This document shows positions 37,934-48,674 of a DNA stretch of 64,000 bases, in pieces (the first letter of the stretch is position 1; each line of letters begins with the position of its first letter). This stretch comes from Caulobacterales bacterium (lineage in GTDB: Bacteria > Pseudomonadota > Alphaproteobacteria > Caulobacterales > Hyphomonadaceae): the NCBI GenBank assembly GCA_038249555.1, contig JBBSDJ010000001.1, positions 5,376-69,375 on the forward strand. Direction: 5' to 3'. The notes beneath the pieces are model-generated. The model did no database searches. It was given only the letters and a program-made list of their open reading frames with translations, and was not told where the DNA came from. The position numbers and the translations under genes are program-made.

Positions 37934-39751
37934 ATGAAAGTGGCGAAACCGGCCAACGCTTGGACGATGACCCGGCCTTTGGCCGGGGTCTGTCTGCTGG
38001 CGGCGACGTCTGCTTGTGCGTTAATTCCGGGCTTTCGCGACGTGGTTTCCCAGGAAGCCGAAACGACGCCTCGCGCCACCGTTGAGGGCATGCCCCCCGC
38101 ACTGACGGCCCGTGCCAATGACCTCGTTCGCGTCGCCGAACCAGCGCCGCGCAGTGTGCTGGAGGCCCGCAACCGGATGAACAGTTCGGCGGACCTGCTC
38201 CGCGACCTGATGTCATCCGAAGGCTATCTCGCTGCCGAAATTGCGCCCTCCCAGATCGATGCGACCAGTGATGCCAGCGTGCTCGTTGCCGATCCGGGCC
38301 CGCTCTTCACGGTCCTGTCACGCGACTTCAGCGGCCGTGATGCGATGGTGCCGGAGGTGGCCCGCAGCCTCGAGACCGAACTGGGCAAGCTGCCCGTAGG
38401 CGCGGTTGCCCGCACACAGAGCATCGAGCGGCTCGATGATGCTCTTGTGCTGCTGCTTCGCCGGCAAGGGTATGCGTTTGCCCGCAGCGAAGGCATCGAC
38501 GTGCTGGCCTCGCGCGAAGAGGCCAATGTTGAGCTGACCTTCCTCCTTGTGCCCGGCCCCCGCGTGTCGCTGGGTGCGCTTGAAATCACGGATGCTGATG
38601 CGCGCAGTTCGAAAACCGTGCGTACGCTGAAGACCTGGTCCAACGGGGACCTCTATACGCCCGCCATCATCGATCAGCTGCGCACGCGCCTGCGTGCCAC
38701 TGGCCTTTATGAAGGTATCGGCGTGACGATTTCCGAAACGCCGGGCCCGGATGGGTTGCATACCGTTTCAACGACCCTGGTGGAAGGAAAGCCGCGCACG
38801 GTCAGCGCCGGTGTCACGGCCTCGACCACCGAAGGCGTCGGCGTCGATGCCTATTGGGAGCGCCGCAACCTGACCGGCCGCGCCGACCGGCTGCGCGTAA
38901 GCACAAAGGTCGCGACGCTGGGCCAGAATCTGACAACCACCTACGAGCGCCCCAACATCGGCAAGTATGGCCGCACGCTTTCTCTCGAAGCCGGCGTCCG
39001 CGCCGAGCAAACGGATGCATATGACCTTCTGGGCGCGCGCGTCGGCGCGGCGCTTGCCCAGCCCCTCTCCCGCGAGCTGACCATATCAATCGGCACCGCC
39101 CTCGACGCGACACGCACGGTCGACGAGCGCGCCCGCATCGTTGGCGGCATCGAGCGTGACCAGTTCACTCTTTCCTTCCCCGTGTCCGCAAACTACACCG
39201 ATGTCGGCGATCCGCTGGATCCACAATCGGGCTTCCGCTTCTTCGCCGCCGCGGACACCGGCATCTCGATCGGCGATGACACGCCGGGCTATACCCGCCT
39301 TCAGCTTTCCGGCGCGACTTACAGGGCAATTGCGGACGATCTCGTTGCGGCCTTCCGCGCCGAGTACGGCGCCTTTATTGGTTCGGACGACGTGCCGCCT
39401 GACAGGCTGTTCTTTGCGGGCGGCGGCGGCACGGTCCGCGGATACGACTATCAGAGCCTCTCTCCGCGCAACGCATTTGGCGATCTGGTAGGCGGCCGCA
39501 ACCTGTTCTCCGCCTCCGCCGAACTGCGGTGGCGGGCAACTGAGCGTTTTGGCTATGCGCTGTTCACCGATCTCGGCGCCGCGAGCGATGATCCGGGGTC
39601 GGTGTTTTCAGATGCAGCCGCGTCGGTGGGACTTGGCGTGCGCTACTATCCGGGTTTCGGCCCTATCCGCCTGGATATCGCCACGCCGCTGGATCGCCGG
39701 GACGGCGACTCGCCGGTGCAAGTGTATATCTCGATCGGCCAGGCTTTCTGA
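37934..39751 (+). CDS. tamA: TamA/Omp85-family autotransporter assembly outer membrane protein
   Basis: POTRA-like region, FAGGGGTVRGYDY, IRLDIA, C-terminal YISIGQAF; start 37934 or 37967. Confidence 0.9.
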   Translation: MKVAKPANAWTMTRPLAGVCLLAATSACALIPGFRDVVSQEAETTPRATVEGMPPALTARANDLVRVAEPAPRSVLEARNRMNSSADLLRDLMSSEGYLAAEIAPSQIDATSDASVLVADPGPLFTVLSRDFSGRDAMVPEVARSLETELGKLPVGAVARTQSIERLDDALVLLLRRQGYAFARSEGIDVLASREEANVELTFLLVPGPRVSLGALEITDADARSSKTVRTLKTWSNGDLYTPAIIDQLRTRLRATGLYEGIGVTISETPGPDGLHTVSTTLVEGKPRTVSAGVTASTTEGVGVDAYWERRNLTGRADRLRVSTKVATLGQNLTTTYERPNIGKYGRTLSLEAGVRAEQTDAYDLLGARVGAALAQPLSRELTISIGTALDATRTVDERARIVGGIERDQFTLSFPVSANYTDVGDPLDPQSGFRFFAAADTGISIGDDTPGYTRLQLSGATYRAIADDLVAAFRAEYGAFIGSDDVPPDRLFFAGGGGTVRGYDYQSLSPRNAFGDLVGGRNLFSASAELRWRATERFGYALFTDLGAASDDPGSVFSDAAASVGLGVRYYPGFGPIRLDIATPLDRRDGDSPVQVYISIGQAF

Positions 39752-42700
39752 TGCCGGACCGTTTCAACCCCTTTTCCTTGCTGCGGCGGCGCCCGGTTTC
39801 GTCCGCGGTGGTGACGCTGGTACTAGCTCTGGCTGTCCTGCTGACCTTTGCGCGGTACTGGATTACGACGGACGCTGGGCGGGATTTTGTCATCTCCCAG
39901 ATCGATGGCCGTGACGTTGCCGGATATGGCCGCCTCAGTGTCCGGAAGCTTGAAGGCGACCCCCTGTCTTCGCTGTCGGTAGGTTCGATTGAAATTCGTG
40001 ACGCGTCAGGCGTCTGGTTCTCGGCGGATTCGGTGGACCTCTCCTGGTCGCCCATGGCGCTCCTTTCGCGTACTGTCGATCTGTCTGAACTGTCGGTGTC
40101 GGAAATCAACGTCCTGCGCCGGCCTGTGCGCGCCGATCGGCCGAAGACCGACAGCGACCCATGGGAAGTGCGTCTGGGACAGGCAACGATTGACCGGCTG
40201 GTCCTGGCCGAAGGCGTTGCAGGCCCCGCGTCAGCGTCCGCCATTTCGGCCCGCTTCCTCAACGCGCGCAACGGATCGATCGATGCCCAGCTCGATATCT
40301 CGCCGCTCGAAGGCGCGGGCGATCGTATCGAAGCGAAAATCCTCCGTGACGAGAACTCCGCGTTCGACGTCATCATCGACGCGACTGCGCCTGCGGGCGG
40401 CGTGTTTGCGCATCTGCTTCGGCTTCCCCAAGGAGCCTCTGCGGTCGTAGCGGCTACCGCCGCCGGCGACCTGAACGACGGGCGCGGCGAAGCGCGTCTG
40501 ACCGTCGACGGAAGCGACAAGGTCTTCCTTTCGGGCAAGCTGGAAAACGGCGCGCTCGATGCCAGTGTGCGGATGGATGCCGGCGCCTTGCCGATCTCCG
40601 AAAAACTCGCTGCCTTCCTTGGCCCTCGCGCGGAAGCCGATATCACCGCCGCCTTCGAAAAGGCGCTCGTTTCCTTCACGATCGACAGCCGCATCGCAGC
40701 CGGCAACGTGAACCTCTCGGGCAAGGCAAGAGCCAACCGCCTGGAACTGGCCGAGCCTGCCCGGCTGACCGCTCGCCTCACATCCCTCGCGCCGTACTGG
40801 AAAGCCCCGCGTCTTGTCGTGCTCAACGGAACCGTCGAGAAGCAGGAGGCAGGCTATCAGTATTCTGGCGACACACGCCTTGAAGTGAAACCGGAAGCGG
40901 ACCTTCCGTTCGAGTGGCTGGCCGGTCCGGTAACCGCCAGCCTGGAGGACGGCCGCATTCCTTTCATCGGCGATGTCACGGTCGGCAAACCGTTTTCCGG
41001 CAATTCCGAAATCGCCGAAATTCTCGGTGAAGAGGTCCACATTTCCGGCAACGGAAATTATGACATCGGGACTCGCCGCCTGCTCGTCGATGCTGTTGAA
41101 CTCACGCACAAATCCGGCACCGCCCAGCTTCTGGGCGAAGCCAGCTTTACCGACGACTCGATCAACGTCTCGGGCAAGATCACGCAATCCATAGGCGCGC
41201 TTCCCGGCGGTTTCGGCGGCAATGCGACCGGGTTTGTGCAGGCGAAGGGCCAACTGCGCGATTTCGAACTTGGCCTGAACCTGAACCTCTCGGGCCTCAC
41301 CACCAGCATCAACCAGCTCAAACCGCTGGTCGAAGGCCGCGGCACGATGCGCGGCATGCTCGCCATCACGCCGGAAGCCGGCACCGTCCGCCGGCTCGAT
41401 GTGCGCCTGCCAGGCGCTGAGGGACAGGTCACCGGGCGAATCTACGGCCCGCAGAGTCCGGATCTGCAGTTCGTTTTTCAACAGCTTCAATCCCTTGATG
41501 TATCCGGCAACCAGGTGGACCTTGGGGCGGTCACCGCGCACCTGAAGCGCCGGTCTGGAAATCTGTTGCTGACCGCAACGTCAGAAAACGGCAGCGCAGT
41601 CGTCAGTGGACGGAGCGTGTCCAATCTCGCTGCCAAGGCCGAACTCCGGCTGGACGATGGCGACATTTCCGGACCCGTCACATTAACCGGACGGTCAGAT
41701 GGGCAGGCGTCTGCTGTTTCTTTCTTGCTGGACCGCACCGGCAAGACCACGCGGTTCAACGCCATCGACGGCCGTCTCGGCAGCGTCGAATTCTCCGGCT
41801 CTGCATCCCTGCACGACGGCGGTGAGATTGAAGCGGATATCGACGCCGAGGCCGACACGTTTGAAATCGCAGGCATCACGTTCGGTTCGCTGAAGCTCAA
41901 GGGTACAGGCGGGCGCACGGGCGGCGACCCGTTCGCGGTGGGCGCCGAGTTCGAAGCGCGCAACATCCGCCTCTCCGAGCGCCTTGAGATCGACGAAGTC
42001 ATCGGCACGGTCACGACCACACCGGCCGGATACCGGTTTGAAGGCCGCCTCGTCGATGCGCTGCCAGGCGCGAGCAGCGATATGGACTTCTCCGGCCTCG
42101 TCGCGATGGCAGACGGCCCGGCATCCGGCACCTTGTCGCTTACGGGCGACCTGCTCGGGATCGCCATTGCCACGCGCGACGACGTGGAATGGTCGCTAGG
42201 CCCTTCCCCCACCGTGGATGCGGACATCTCTCTGCTTGGCGGCAGCCTCAAGGCGCGCCTCCGCGCCGGCAATGAAACGACCAGCAGTACGCTCGCGATG
42301 GAGAACCTGTCGATTGCGCCGGTGCTCGTCGCGCTCGGCTATCCCGCGGTAGACGCCGTCATCTCTGGCCGTGCTAACGGGCGCCTGTTCGGGGAGAATC
42401 CCGAAGGTGTCTTCAGCCTGTCTGCAGTCAGCGCTGTCTCCGGCGTATCGACCTCGCTGGACTTCGATTTGAGCGGACGTCTTGATCGCCGCGCACTGAC
42501 CTTCACGGCGCAGTCGACTTACGGCCCTGATCTCAAGGCCAACGCGGCGGGACGCTTGCCGGTCACCGCATCACCCGCCGGTATGGTCCGTCTCGGTCAG
42601 GAGCGGGCGATTGAGGCATTGCTCGATATAAACGGCGATCTCAAAGCGCTCCGGCTGATCGCACTGGCGTATGGTCACGACATCGGCGGCAAGCTCACCA

Positions 42701-43857
42701 GCCGCACACGCCTGTCCGGAACGCTCTCGGAACCGCTCATCGAGGCAAATTCGGATATCACCGGCGGCATCTACGAATACGGCGCGACTGGGCTCAGCCT
42801 GAATGATCTCGATCTGCAGATCAAATACGACAAGCGCATCCTGACCCTCGTGGGTTCGGGTGCAGGCACAGGCGGCGGAACCCTTACCTTTGACGGCCGC
42901 CTCGCCGAAAAAGAATCCGGCATTGACGTCAACCTGAACCGTATACTGATCTACGACCGGCTCGGGGACCAGGCCCGGATCACCGGCAATGCGAAACTGA
43001 CCGAGGGCGCAGTCGACCGCGTCCTCAGCGGAAATCTTGCCGTGAACGATGCCCGCTTCAATATTGACAATTTTTCGGACACATCCATCCGCACCCTGAA
43101 TGTGCGCTGGACGACGGACGATCCGGACGCGCAACGGGACATACTGCTGAGGAAACCAATCCGTCTCGCGCTGAAGGTCTCCGCGCCTCGCGGGATCATT
43201 GTGCGTGGCCGCGGGCTCGACAGCGACTGGGGCGTCAACCTGGATGTAACCGGAAAACCCGACAGCCTTCTGCTCAACGGCCGTGCCACGCTTGCGCGCG
43301 GCTCGCTTGAACTCGCCCAGCGGCCTTTCGAGTTTGAAACCGGACAGATCACCTTCGACGGGCCGATAGATACCGCGCGACTAGCCGTGTCTGCCACACG
43401 CGAAGTCGATGGCTTTTCCGTACGCGCAGACGTCGGCGGATCGCCGTCGAAGCCCACCATCGAGCTGAGCAGTACGCCCTCGCTGCCGGAAGATGAAATC
43501 CTTTCACGGATGTTGTTCGGCCGTTCGTCCGTGGACCTCTCAGCTCTCGAGGCCGCTGAACTCGCGACGTCCATAGCGCGCCTCGCCGGTCAAGACACCG
43601 GTATCAATCCCATCGGCGTGATCCAGGCTGGGTTGGGTGTTGACCGGCTGCGCTTCGGGGTGGACAATGCTGGAAATGCAGAGCTTGGTGTCGGCCAATA
43701 CCTCGCGCCAGATGTCTACCTCGAGGTGACAACGCAAGGCGCTGCCGGAAATTCGGTGGAAGTCGAATGGCAGCCCCGGCCCCAGGTTTCGATCTCTTCG
43801 GAGACCAGTTCCACTGGGGATTCGCGGGTGTCGGTACGTTGGAAAAAGGACTACTAG
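39751..43857 (+). CDS. tamB: Translocation/assembly module TamB
   Basis: N-terminal anchor, long beta-rich body, DUF490-like C-terminus (RGRGLDS..LSRMLFG..VGQYL..WKKDY); coupled to tamA. Confidence 0.9.
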   Translation: MPDRFNPFSLLRRRPVSSAVVTLVLALAVLLTFARYWITTDAGRDFVISQIDGRDVAGYGRLSVRKLEGDPLSSLSVGSIEIRDASGVWFSADSVDLSWSPMALLSRTVDLSELSVSEINVLRRPVRADRPKTDSDPWEVRLGQATIDRLVLAEGVAGPASASAISARFLNARNGSIDAQLDISPLEGAGDRIEAKILRDENSAFDVIIDATAPAGGVFAHLLRLPQGASAVVAATAAGDLNDGRGEARLTVDGSDKVFLSGKLENGALDASVRMDAGALPISEKLAAFLGPRAEADITAAFEKALVSFTIDSRIAAGNVNLSGKARANRLELAEPARLTARLTSLAPYWKAPRLVVLNGTVEKQEAGYQYSGDTRLEVKPEADLPFEWLAGPVTASLEDGRIPFIGDVTVGKPFSGNSEIAEILGEEVHISGNGNYDIGTRRLLVDAVELTHKSGTAQLLGEASFTDDSINVSGKITQSIGALPGGFGGNATGFVQAKGQLRDFELGLNLNLSGLTTSINQLKPLVEGRGTMRGMLAITPEAGTVRRLDVRLPGAEGQVTGRIYGPQSPDLQFVFQQLQSLDVSGNQVDLGAVTAHLKRRSGNLLLTATSENGSAVVSGRSVSNLAAKAELRLDDGDISGPVTLTGRSDGQASAVSFLLDRTGKTTRFNAIDGRLGSVEFSGSASLHDGGEIEADIDAEADTFEIAGITFGSLKLKGTGGRTGGDPFAVGAEFEARNIRLSERLEIDEVIGTVTTTPAGYRFEGRLVDALPGASSDMDFSGLVAMADGPASGTLSLTGDLLGIAIATRDDVEWSLGPSPTVDADISLLGGSLKARLRAGNETTSSTLAMENLSIAPVLVALGYPAVDAVISGRANGRLFGENPEGVFSLSAVSAVSGVSTSLDFDLSGRLDRRALTFTAQSTYGPDLKANAAGRLPVTASPAGMVRLGQERAIEALLDINGDLKALRLIALAYGHDIGGKLTSRTRLSGTLSEPLIEANSDITGGIYEYGATGLSLNDLDLQIKYDKRILTLVGSGAGTGGGTLTFDGRLAEKESGIDVNLNRILIYDRLGDQARITGNAKLTEGAVDRVLSGNLAVNDARFNIDNFSDTSIRTLNVRWTTDDPDAQRDILLRKPIRLALKVSAPRGIIVRGRGLDSDWGVNLDVTGKPDSLLLNGRATLARGSLELAQRPFEFETGQITFDGPIDTARLAVSATREVDGFSVRADVGGSPSKPTIELSSTPSLPEDEILSRMLFGRSSVDLSALEAAELATSIARLAGQDTGINPIGVIQAGLGVDRLRFGVDNAGNAELGVGQYLAPDVYLEVTTQGAAGNSVEVEWQPRPQVSISSETSSTGDSRVSVRWKKDY

Positions 43858-44003
43858 TGACACTCGCCCTGTCGCTTTACGTCCACCTTCTGTAATTTGC
43901 GCGACATTACGGACCCTTCAGTATAAGAAATTTTGGCATACCGGTTCGATTGCCTTCCGGTTTCTGCGGAGGGACACAAAAAAATTAGCCAAAAGGTAGA
44001 AAA

Positions 44004-44384
44004 ATGGTCGAAGAAGCTCGAATTGCCGGTTCCCGCTCCCCTACGCGCATTGACCAGATGGTCGGCGAGAAGATCCGTGAACTTCGCACAGCCCAGAATT
44101 TCACCCTGTCGGAGTTGGGCCAGGAACTCGGGATCAGCCATCAGCAACTGCAGAAATACGAAACCGGTACCAACCGCCTGAGCGCAGGCATGCTCGCCAG
44201 CGTCGCCCGTGTGCTGCGCGTCCCGATCGCGGAATTGTTCCAGGACGCTGAAGCCGGCACGCCTGACAAACGCGATCCAGTCACCGAAGCCCGCGCCCGT
44301 TGCCACACTCTGATCGACCGGACGAATTCCGTGCCGAAACTCGAATCGATGGCGAAAGTCCTGCGCGCCCTCTCGTCTGACTAA
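44004..44384 (+). CDS. XRE-family transcriptional regulator
   Basis: IDQMVGEKIRELR..LGISHQQLQKYETGTNRLS. Confidence 0.9.
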   Translation: MVEEARIAGSRSPTRIDQMVGEKIRELRTAQNFTLSELGQELGISHQQLQKYETGTNRLSAGMLASVARVLRVPIAELFQDAEAGTPDKRDPVTEARARCHTLIDRTNSVPKLESMAKVLRALSSD

Positions 44385-44388
44385 GCGC

Positions 44389-45765
44389 TCAACGCTCGAC
44401 AACGTTGACGGCCAGGCCGCCCTGACTCGTCTCCTTGTACTTCGACGACATGTCGATGCCCGTCTGGCGCATTGTTTCGATCACCTGGTCCAGCGAAACC
44501 TTCGTCTGTTCAAGGGAGTGAAGCGCCAGACGGGCGGCATTTGCCGCCTTCACCGAACCGATGGCATTGCGCTCGATGCAGGGAATCTGCACGAGGCCGC
44601 CGACAGGGTCGCAGGTCAGCCCCAGATTGTGCTCCATGCCGATCTCGGCCGCATTTGCCACCTGTTGCGGTGTCCCGCCCCACACCGCCGCAAGCCCCGC
44701 CGCTGCCATCGAGCACGCTACGCCCACTTCGCCCTGACAGCCCATCTCGGCGCCCGAGATCGAGGCACGCTGCTTGTACAGCAAGCCCACGCCCCCAGCC
44801 GTCAGCAAGAACTTCCGGACCCGGACGAACCGGTCCTCGGCGTCCCAGCAATAGTGACGGATCACCGAAGGAATGATGCCGGCCGCGCCATTGGTCGGCG
44901 CCGTCACCACCTGCCCGCCGGCCGCATTCTCTTCGTTAACCGCCATCGCGTAGACGTTCAGCCAGTCAAACAGCTGTTCGCGCTCATTTGACGGCGGGCC
45001 GCTGGTCAGTTTCTGCCAGATCTCGGGCGCGCGCCGCCTCACCTTGAGGCTACCGGGAAGAATTCCGGTGCGCGACAGGCCCCGGTCGATGCACGCCATC
45101 ATCACGGACGCGATCCGGTCCAACGCCGCGTTCGTCTCGCCAGCGGGACGCATCGCGCTCTCGTTTGCCATGATCACCGCATCGATGGGCAGACCCGTCG
45201 CGTAACAGATGTCGAGGAGTTCGGCTGCCGAGATGAAAGGATGCGGAACGGCAGGACCGGTGGGCACGATATCGTCCCGAACCGGACGTTCCAGCTGGCG
45301 CTGGGACGCGATGAACCCGCCGCCCGTCGAGTACCAGGTAGCGTCTGCGAGCACGTCCCCGGCGCCCTCAAACGCGCGCAGACGCATCCCGTTCGGGTGC
45401 AGCTTGGGCAGTACCTCGTACGCAAAGCGGATGTCGCGTGCCGCATCAAACGGTATGTTGCGACCGCCGGGCAGCGCCAGCATTCCGCGCTCTTCCAGTG
45501 CAGCAACCTTGTTGTCCGCATCCTCCGGATCGAGCGTTTCGGGATCGAGCCCCAGGAGGCCCAGCATCACGGCCTTGGGCGTTGCGTGTCCCGCCCCCGT
45601 CAGCGCCAGTGAGCCCTGCAGCTCGACCTCTATCCGTTCAACAGTGCCGAGGACGCCCAGCTGCTCAAGTTCCTGCAGGAACCGCCCGGCAATCCGGATC
45701 GGGCCGACCGTGTGGGAGCTCGACGGGCCGATGCCGATCCGAAAAAGATCGAGGACTGAAAGCAT
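44389..45765 (-). CDS. sdaA: L-serine ammonia-lyase (Fe-S dependent)
   Basis: [57 protein letters not shown]. Confidence 0.96.
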   Translation of the reverse strand: MLSVLDLFRIGIGPSSSHTVGPIRIAGRFLQELEQLGVLGTVERIEVELQGSLALTGAGHATPKAVMLGLLGLDPETLDPEDADNKVAALEERGMLALPGGRNIPFDAARDIRFAYEVLPKLHPNGMRLRAFEGAGDVLADATWYSTGGGFIASQRQLERPVRDDIVPTGPAVPHPFISAAELLDICYATGLPIDAVIMANESAMRPAGETNAALDRIASVMMACIDRGLSRTGILPGSLKVRRRAPEIWQKLTSGPPSNEREQLFDWLNVYAMAVNEENAAGGQVVTAPTNGAAGIIPSVIRHYCWDAEDRFVRVRKFLLTAGGVGLLYKQRASISGAEMGCQGEVGVACSMAAAGLAAVWGGTPQQVANAAEIGMEHNLGLTCDPVGGLVQIPCIERNAIGSVKAANAARLALHSLEQTKVSLDQVIETMRQTGIDMSSKYKETSQGGLAVNVVER

Positions 45766-45798
45766 GCGCGGTCTCCCGTTTATTCTTTGCGCGGCTCT

Positions 45799-46998
45799 TC
45801 AGGCCGCAGTGTCCGGCATCTCCGTCACATCGTGAGAGTAAATCCAATCATATTGACCATGTGCAAACGCCGGAAGCAGCTGCCCCGCGAGCCAGATCGG
45901 ACCATAGGTCGCCAGCTGGCTGATCGGATCGCCGCGATGGAACAACGACGCATTCCGCCGGGCGCCGGCCTGCACACGGGACGTGCGCGGCTTCCGCAGG
46001 GCCTCATAGGCGCCCAACGCCGCGCCAAGTGTCTCTGTCTTCGTCACCAGCCGGGCGAGCACGTACGCGTCCTCGATGGCCATAACGGCCCCCTGCGCCA
46101 GAAACGGCAGCATCGGGTGGCAGGCGTCGCCCAGCAGCACCACGCGCCCGTCTGACCAGGTCTCCAGGGGCATCCGGTCGTACAGCGCCCACCGGTTCAG
46201 CGTCACGGCTTTCTCGAGGATCGTGCGGATCACCGGCGCCCACCGCCTGAAATCCTTGAGCGCCTGGGCCCGGTCGCCCGTCGCGGTCCAGGATTCCGCA
46301 GGCGCCTCTTTGGTTTCGACCACAGCCACAAGGTTCGCAAGACTGCCGCGCCGCAGCCGGTAAGTCACCGCATGCCGCCTTGAGCCGACCCATACGCAGG
46401 CCGATTCCGGCGGCGCATGTTCGCCGAGCTCCGAGACCGGCACGACGGCCCGCCAAGCGACGTGCCCGGTATAGCGCGGCGTGTCCGGCCCGATCATCTG
46501 CGTACGGATGGCCGAATGAATCCCGTCTGCCCCCACGAGCAGGTCGCCGCTGATCGTCTCCCCCGTGTCGAGGTGCACAAACACCTGCGCCTCATCCTGC
46601 GAATAGGACACAACCCGGCTGCCCAGCTGCACAGCGCCGGCCTGCCGGTCCCGCAGGGCGCCGCCAAGGGCCTCGACCAGGTCTGCGCGATGGATGTGGA
46701 GGTACTCCCCGCCCCACCGCGCATACGAGGCCTCCCGCAAAGGAATTGTCAGGATGCGGCCCCCGCCCTTGCCAAACCGCAGCTCTTGGGACCTCGGCCG
46801 GAACGCATCCTTCTCGACGCGCGCAGTAACCCCGAGCGCCTCGAACACGCGCATGCCGTTGGGGCTCACCTGCAGCCCGGCGCCGACTTCTTCAAGCACG
46901 TGGGCCTGCTCGAGGACGGTCACCCGGTGACCCAGCTTCTGGAATGCCAGCGCGGCCGTCAGCCCACCGATACCTCCACCTGAAATCAGGACATGCAT
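45799..46998 (-). CDS. FAD-dependent monooxygenase (salicylate hydroxylase-like)
   Basis: GGGIGG, EVGAGLQ, VGADGIHS, GDACHPMLPFLAQGA. Confidence 0.9.
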   Translation of the reverse strand: MHVLISGGGIGGLTAALAFQKLGHRVTVLEQAHVLEEVGAGLQVSPNGMRVFEALGVTARVEKDAFRPRSQELRFGKGGGRILTIPLREASYARWGGEYLHIHRADLVEALGGALRDRQAGAVQLGSRVVSYSQDEAQVFVHLDTGETISGDLLVGADGIHSAIRTQMIGPDTPRYTGHVAWRAVVPVSELGEHAPPESACVWVGSRRHAVTYRLRRGSLANLVAVVETKEAPAESWTATGDRAQALKDFRRWAPVIRTILEKAVTLNRWALYDRMPLETWSDGRVVLLGDACHPMLPFLAQGAVMAIEDAYVLARLVTKTETLGAALGAYEALRKPRTSRVQAGARRNASLFHRGDPISQLATYGPIWLAGQLLPAFAHGQYDWIYSHDVTEMPDTAA

Positions 46999-47027
46999 CG
47001 GCTTGGCCTGGTTTCCGGGGTTGAGGG

Positions 47028-47231
47028 TTACTTCGGACGCGACGGGTCTTCGCGGCCGCCGATCAGCACGAAGCGGCGGTCACAATATTTGCACTCCACG
47101 AAGTCCTCGTCGCCCATCTCGTACCAGACCTTGGGATGACCGAGCGCGCCGCCGCCGCCATTGCACGAGACCTTGTGGCTCGTGACCATCGAGATTTCTG
47201 GCGGAGTGAACACATCACGCTTGCGGGGCAT
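47028..47231 (-). CDS. Zinc-finger (zf-CHCC) domain protein
   Basis: VSCNGG..LGHPKVW..VECKYCDRRF. Confidence 0.88.
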   Translation of the reverse strand: MPRKRDVFTPPEISMVTSHKVSCNGGGGALGHPKVWYEMGDEDFVECKYCDRRFVLIGGREDPSRPK

Positions 47232-47349
47232 CTTGTGGACTCCAGAGACCTGACGCGAGGAGCGACTTGCCCCTGCACAACCTGATCCCTAACTAGAGTC
47301 TGGGCTGCCGCCTTGCAAGGCGTGCCGAATGCCGCGACGAAAGACCGCC

Positions 47350-48309
47350 ATGCCAACACCAGAATTTGCCATCCAGGTCCGCGATCTGAGGAAAACTTAT
47401 GCTGGCAACGGCAAGATGCCGGAAAAGCACGCGCTGAACGGGATCACCCTGGAAATTCCCACTGGATCGATTTTTGGCCTTCTGGGCCCCAACGGGGCGG
47501 GCAAATCGACCTTCATCAATATCCTCGCGGGTCTCGTAAAGAAAACCTCCGGTACTGCCCGGATCTGGGACCTCGATATCGACGAGCATCCCCGGCAGAG
47601 CCGCGCCGCCATCGGCGTTGTGAACCAGGAAGTCGTCGCTGACCCCTTCTTCACGCCTTTCGAGATGCTGGAACTGATGGCCGGCTTCTATGGCGTTCCC
47701 AAAGCGGAGCGCAGATCCGTCGAGATCCTCACTGCGCTCGGTCTCGGCGACAAGAAGGACGCTTATGTCCGCCAGCTCTCCGGCGGCATGAAGCGCCGCC
47801 TGATGGTCGCCAAGGCGCTCGTCCATAATCCTCCCGTGCTCATCCTCGATGAGCCGACAGCGGGCGTTGACGTCGAACTGCGCCGCCTGATGTGGGATTA
47901 TGTCCGCGAGCTCCATGACAAGGGCACGACGATCATCCTGACCACACACTACCTCGAAGAAGCCGAAGAACTCTGCGATACGATCGCCATCGTCGACAAG
48001 GGCGCGATCGTCGCGTGCGAGCCGACCGCCAAGCTGCTGTCGCGGCTCGACTACAAGACGCTGATCATCACCCCGCGCGAGCCGATTACGGTTATCCCGC
48101 CCGAACTCGCCATGCACGATCCGAAGCTGAGACCGGACGGCACACTGGCCATCACCTTCAAGACCGCTGAAACCGGCATCGGCCGCCTGCTTGAAAAGGC
48201 CCGCGCCGCCGGAATCAGCATCGCTGATCTCTCGACCAAATCACCCGATCTCGAAGATGTCTTCATCGCCCTGACGGGCGACAAGGTACCGGTCAAATTG
48301 ACTGGCTGA
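47350..48309 (+). CDS. ABC transporter ATP-binding protein (YadG-like)
   Basis: GPNGAGKS, LSGGMKRR, LILDEP; no permease adjacent. Confidence 0.92.
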   Translation: MPTPEFAIQVRDLRKTYAGNGKMPEKHALNGITLEIPTGSIFGLLGPNGAGKSTFINILAGLVKKTSGTARIWDLDIDEHPRQSRAAIGVVNQEVVADPFFTPFEMLELMAGFYGVPKAERRSVEILTALGLGDKKDAYVRQLSGGMKRRLMVAKALVHNPPVLILDEPTAGVDVELRRLMWDYVRELHDKGTTIILTTHYLEEAEELCDTIAIVDKGAIVACEPTAKLLSRLDYKTLIITPREPITVIPPELAMHDPKLRPDGTLAITFKTAETGIGRLLEKARAAGISIADLSTKSPDLEDVFIALTGDKVPVKLTG

Positions 48310-48613
48310 TCCAGTTGGCGAGTGCCTGACGGTTCATTGCGCCGTTATGCGTGGCCGCCACCTTGCCCTGCTTGAACAACAGCATCGTCGGCAGGCCGCG
48401 TACGCCGTACTTGGCGCCGACCAGCGGGAAATCATCTACGTTCAGTTTGACGATCTTCACCTTGCCGTCGAGTTCGGCAGCCACGGCTTCGATATGCGGC
48501 GCCATCTGCTTGCAGGGGCCGCACCATTCGGCCCAGAAATCGACGACTACGGGAACATCGGATGCGCCGAGCAGCGCATCGAATTCGTCATCGCTTACAT
48601 CCATACCAGACAT
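48293..48613 (-). CDS. trxA: Thioredoxin
   Basis: DFWAEWCGPCK, VRGLPT. Confidence 0.96.
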   Translation of the reverse strand: MSGMDVSDDEFDALLGASDVPVVVDFWAEWCGPCKQMAPHIEAVAAELDGKVKIVKLNVDDFPLVGAKYGVRGLPTMLLFKQGKVAATHNGAMNRQALANWISQSI

Positions 48614-48674
48614 CGTCCCGGCTCCTTCTGCGGCCCGAATTGGGAGCCTGATACATAGGGACTCTATTCCCCTG

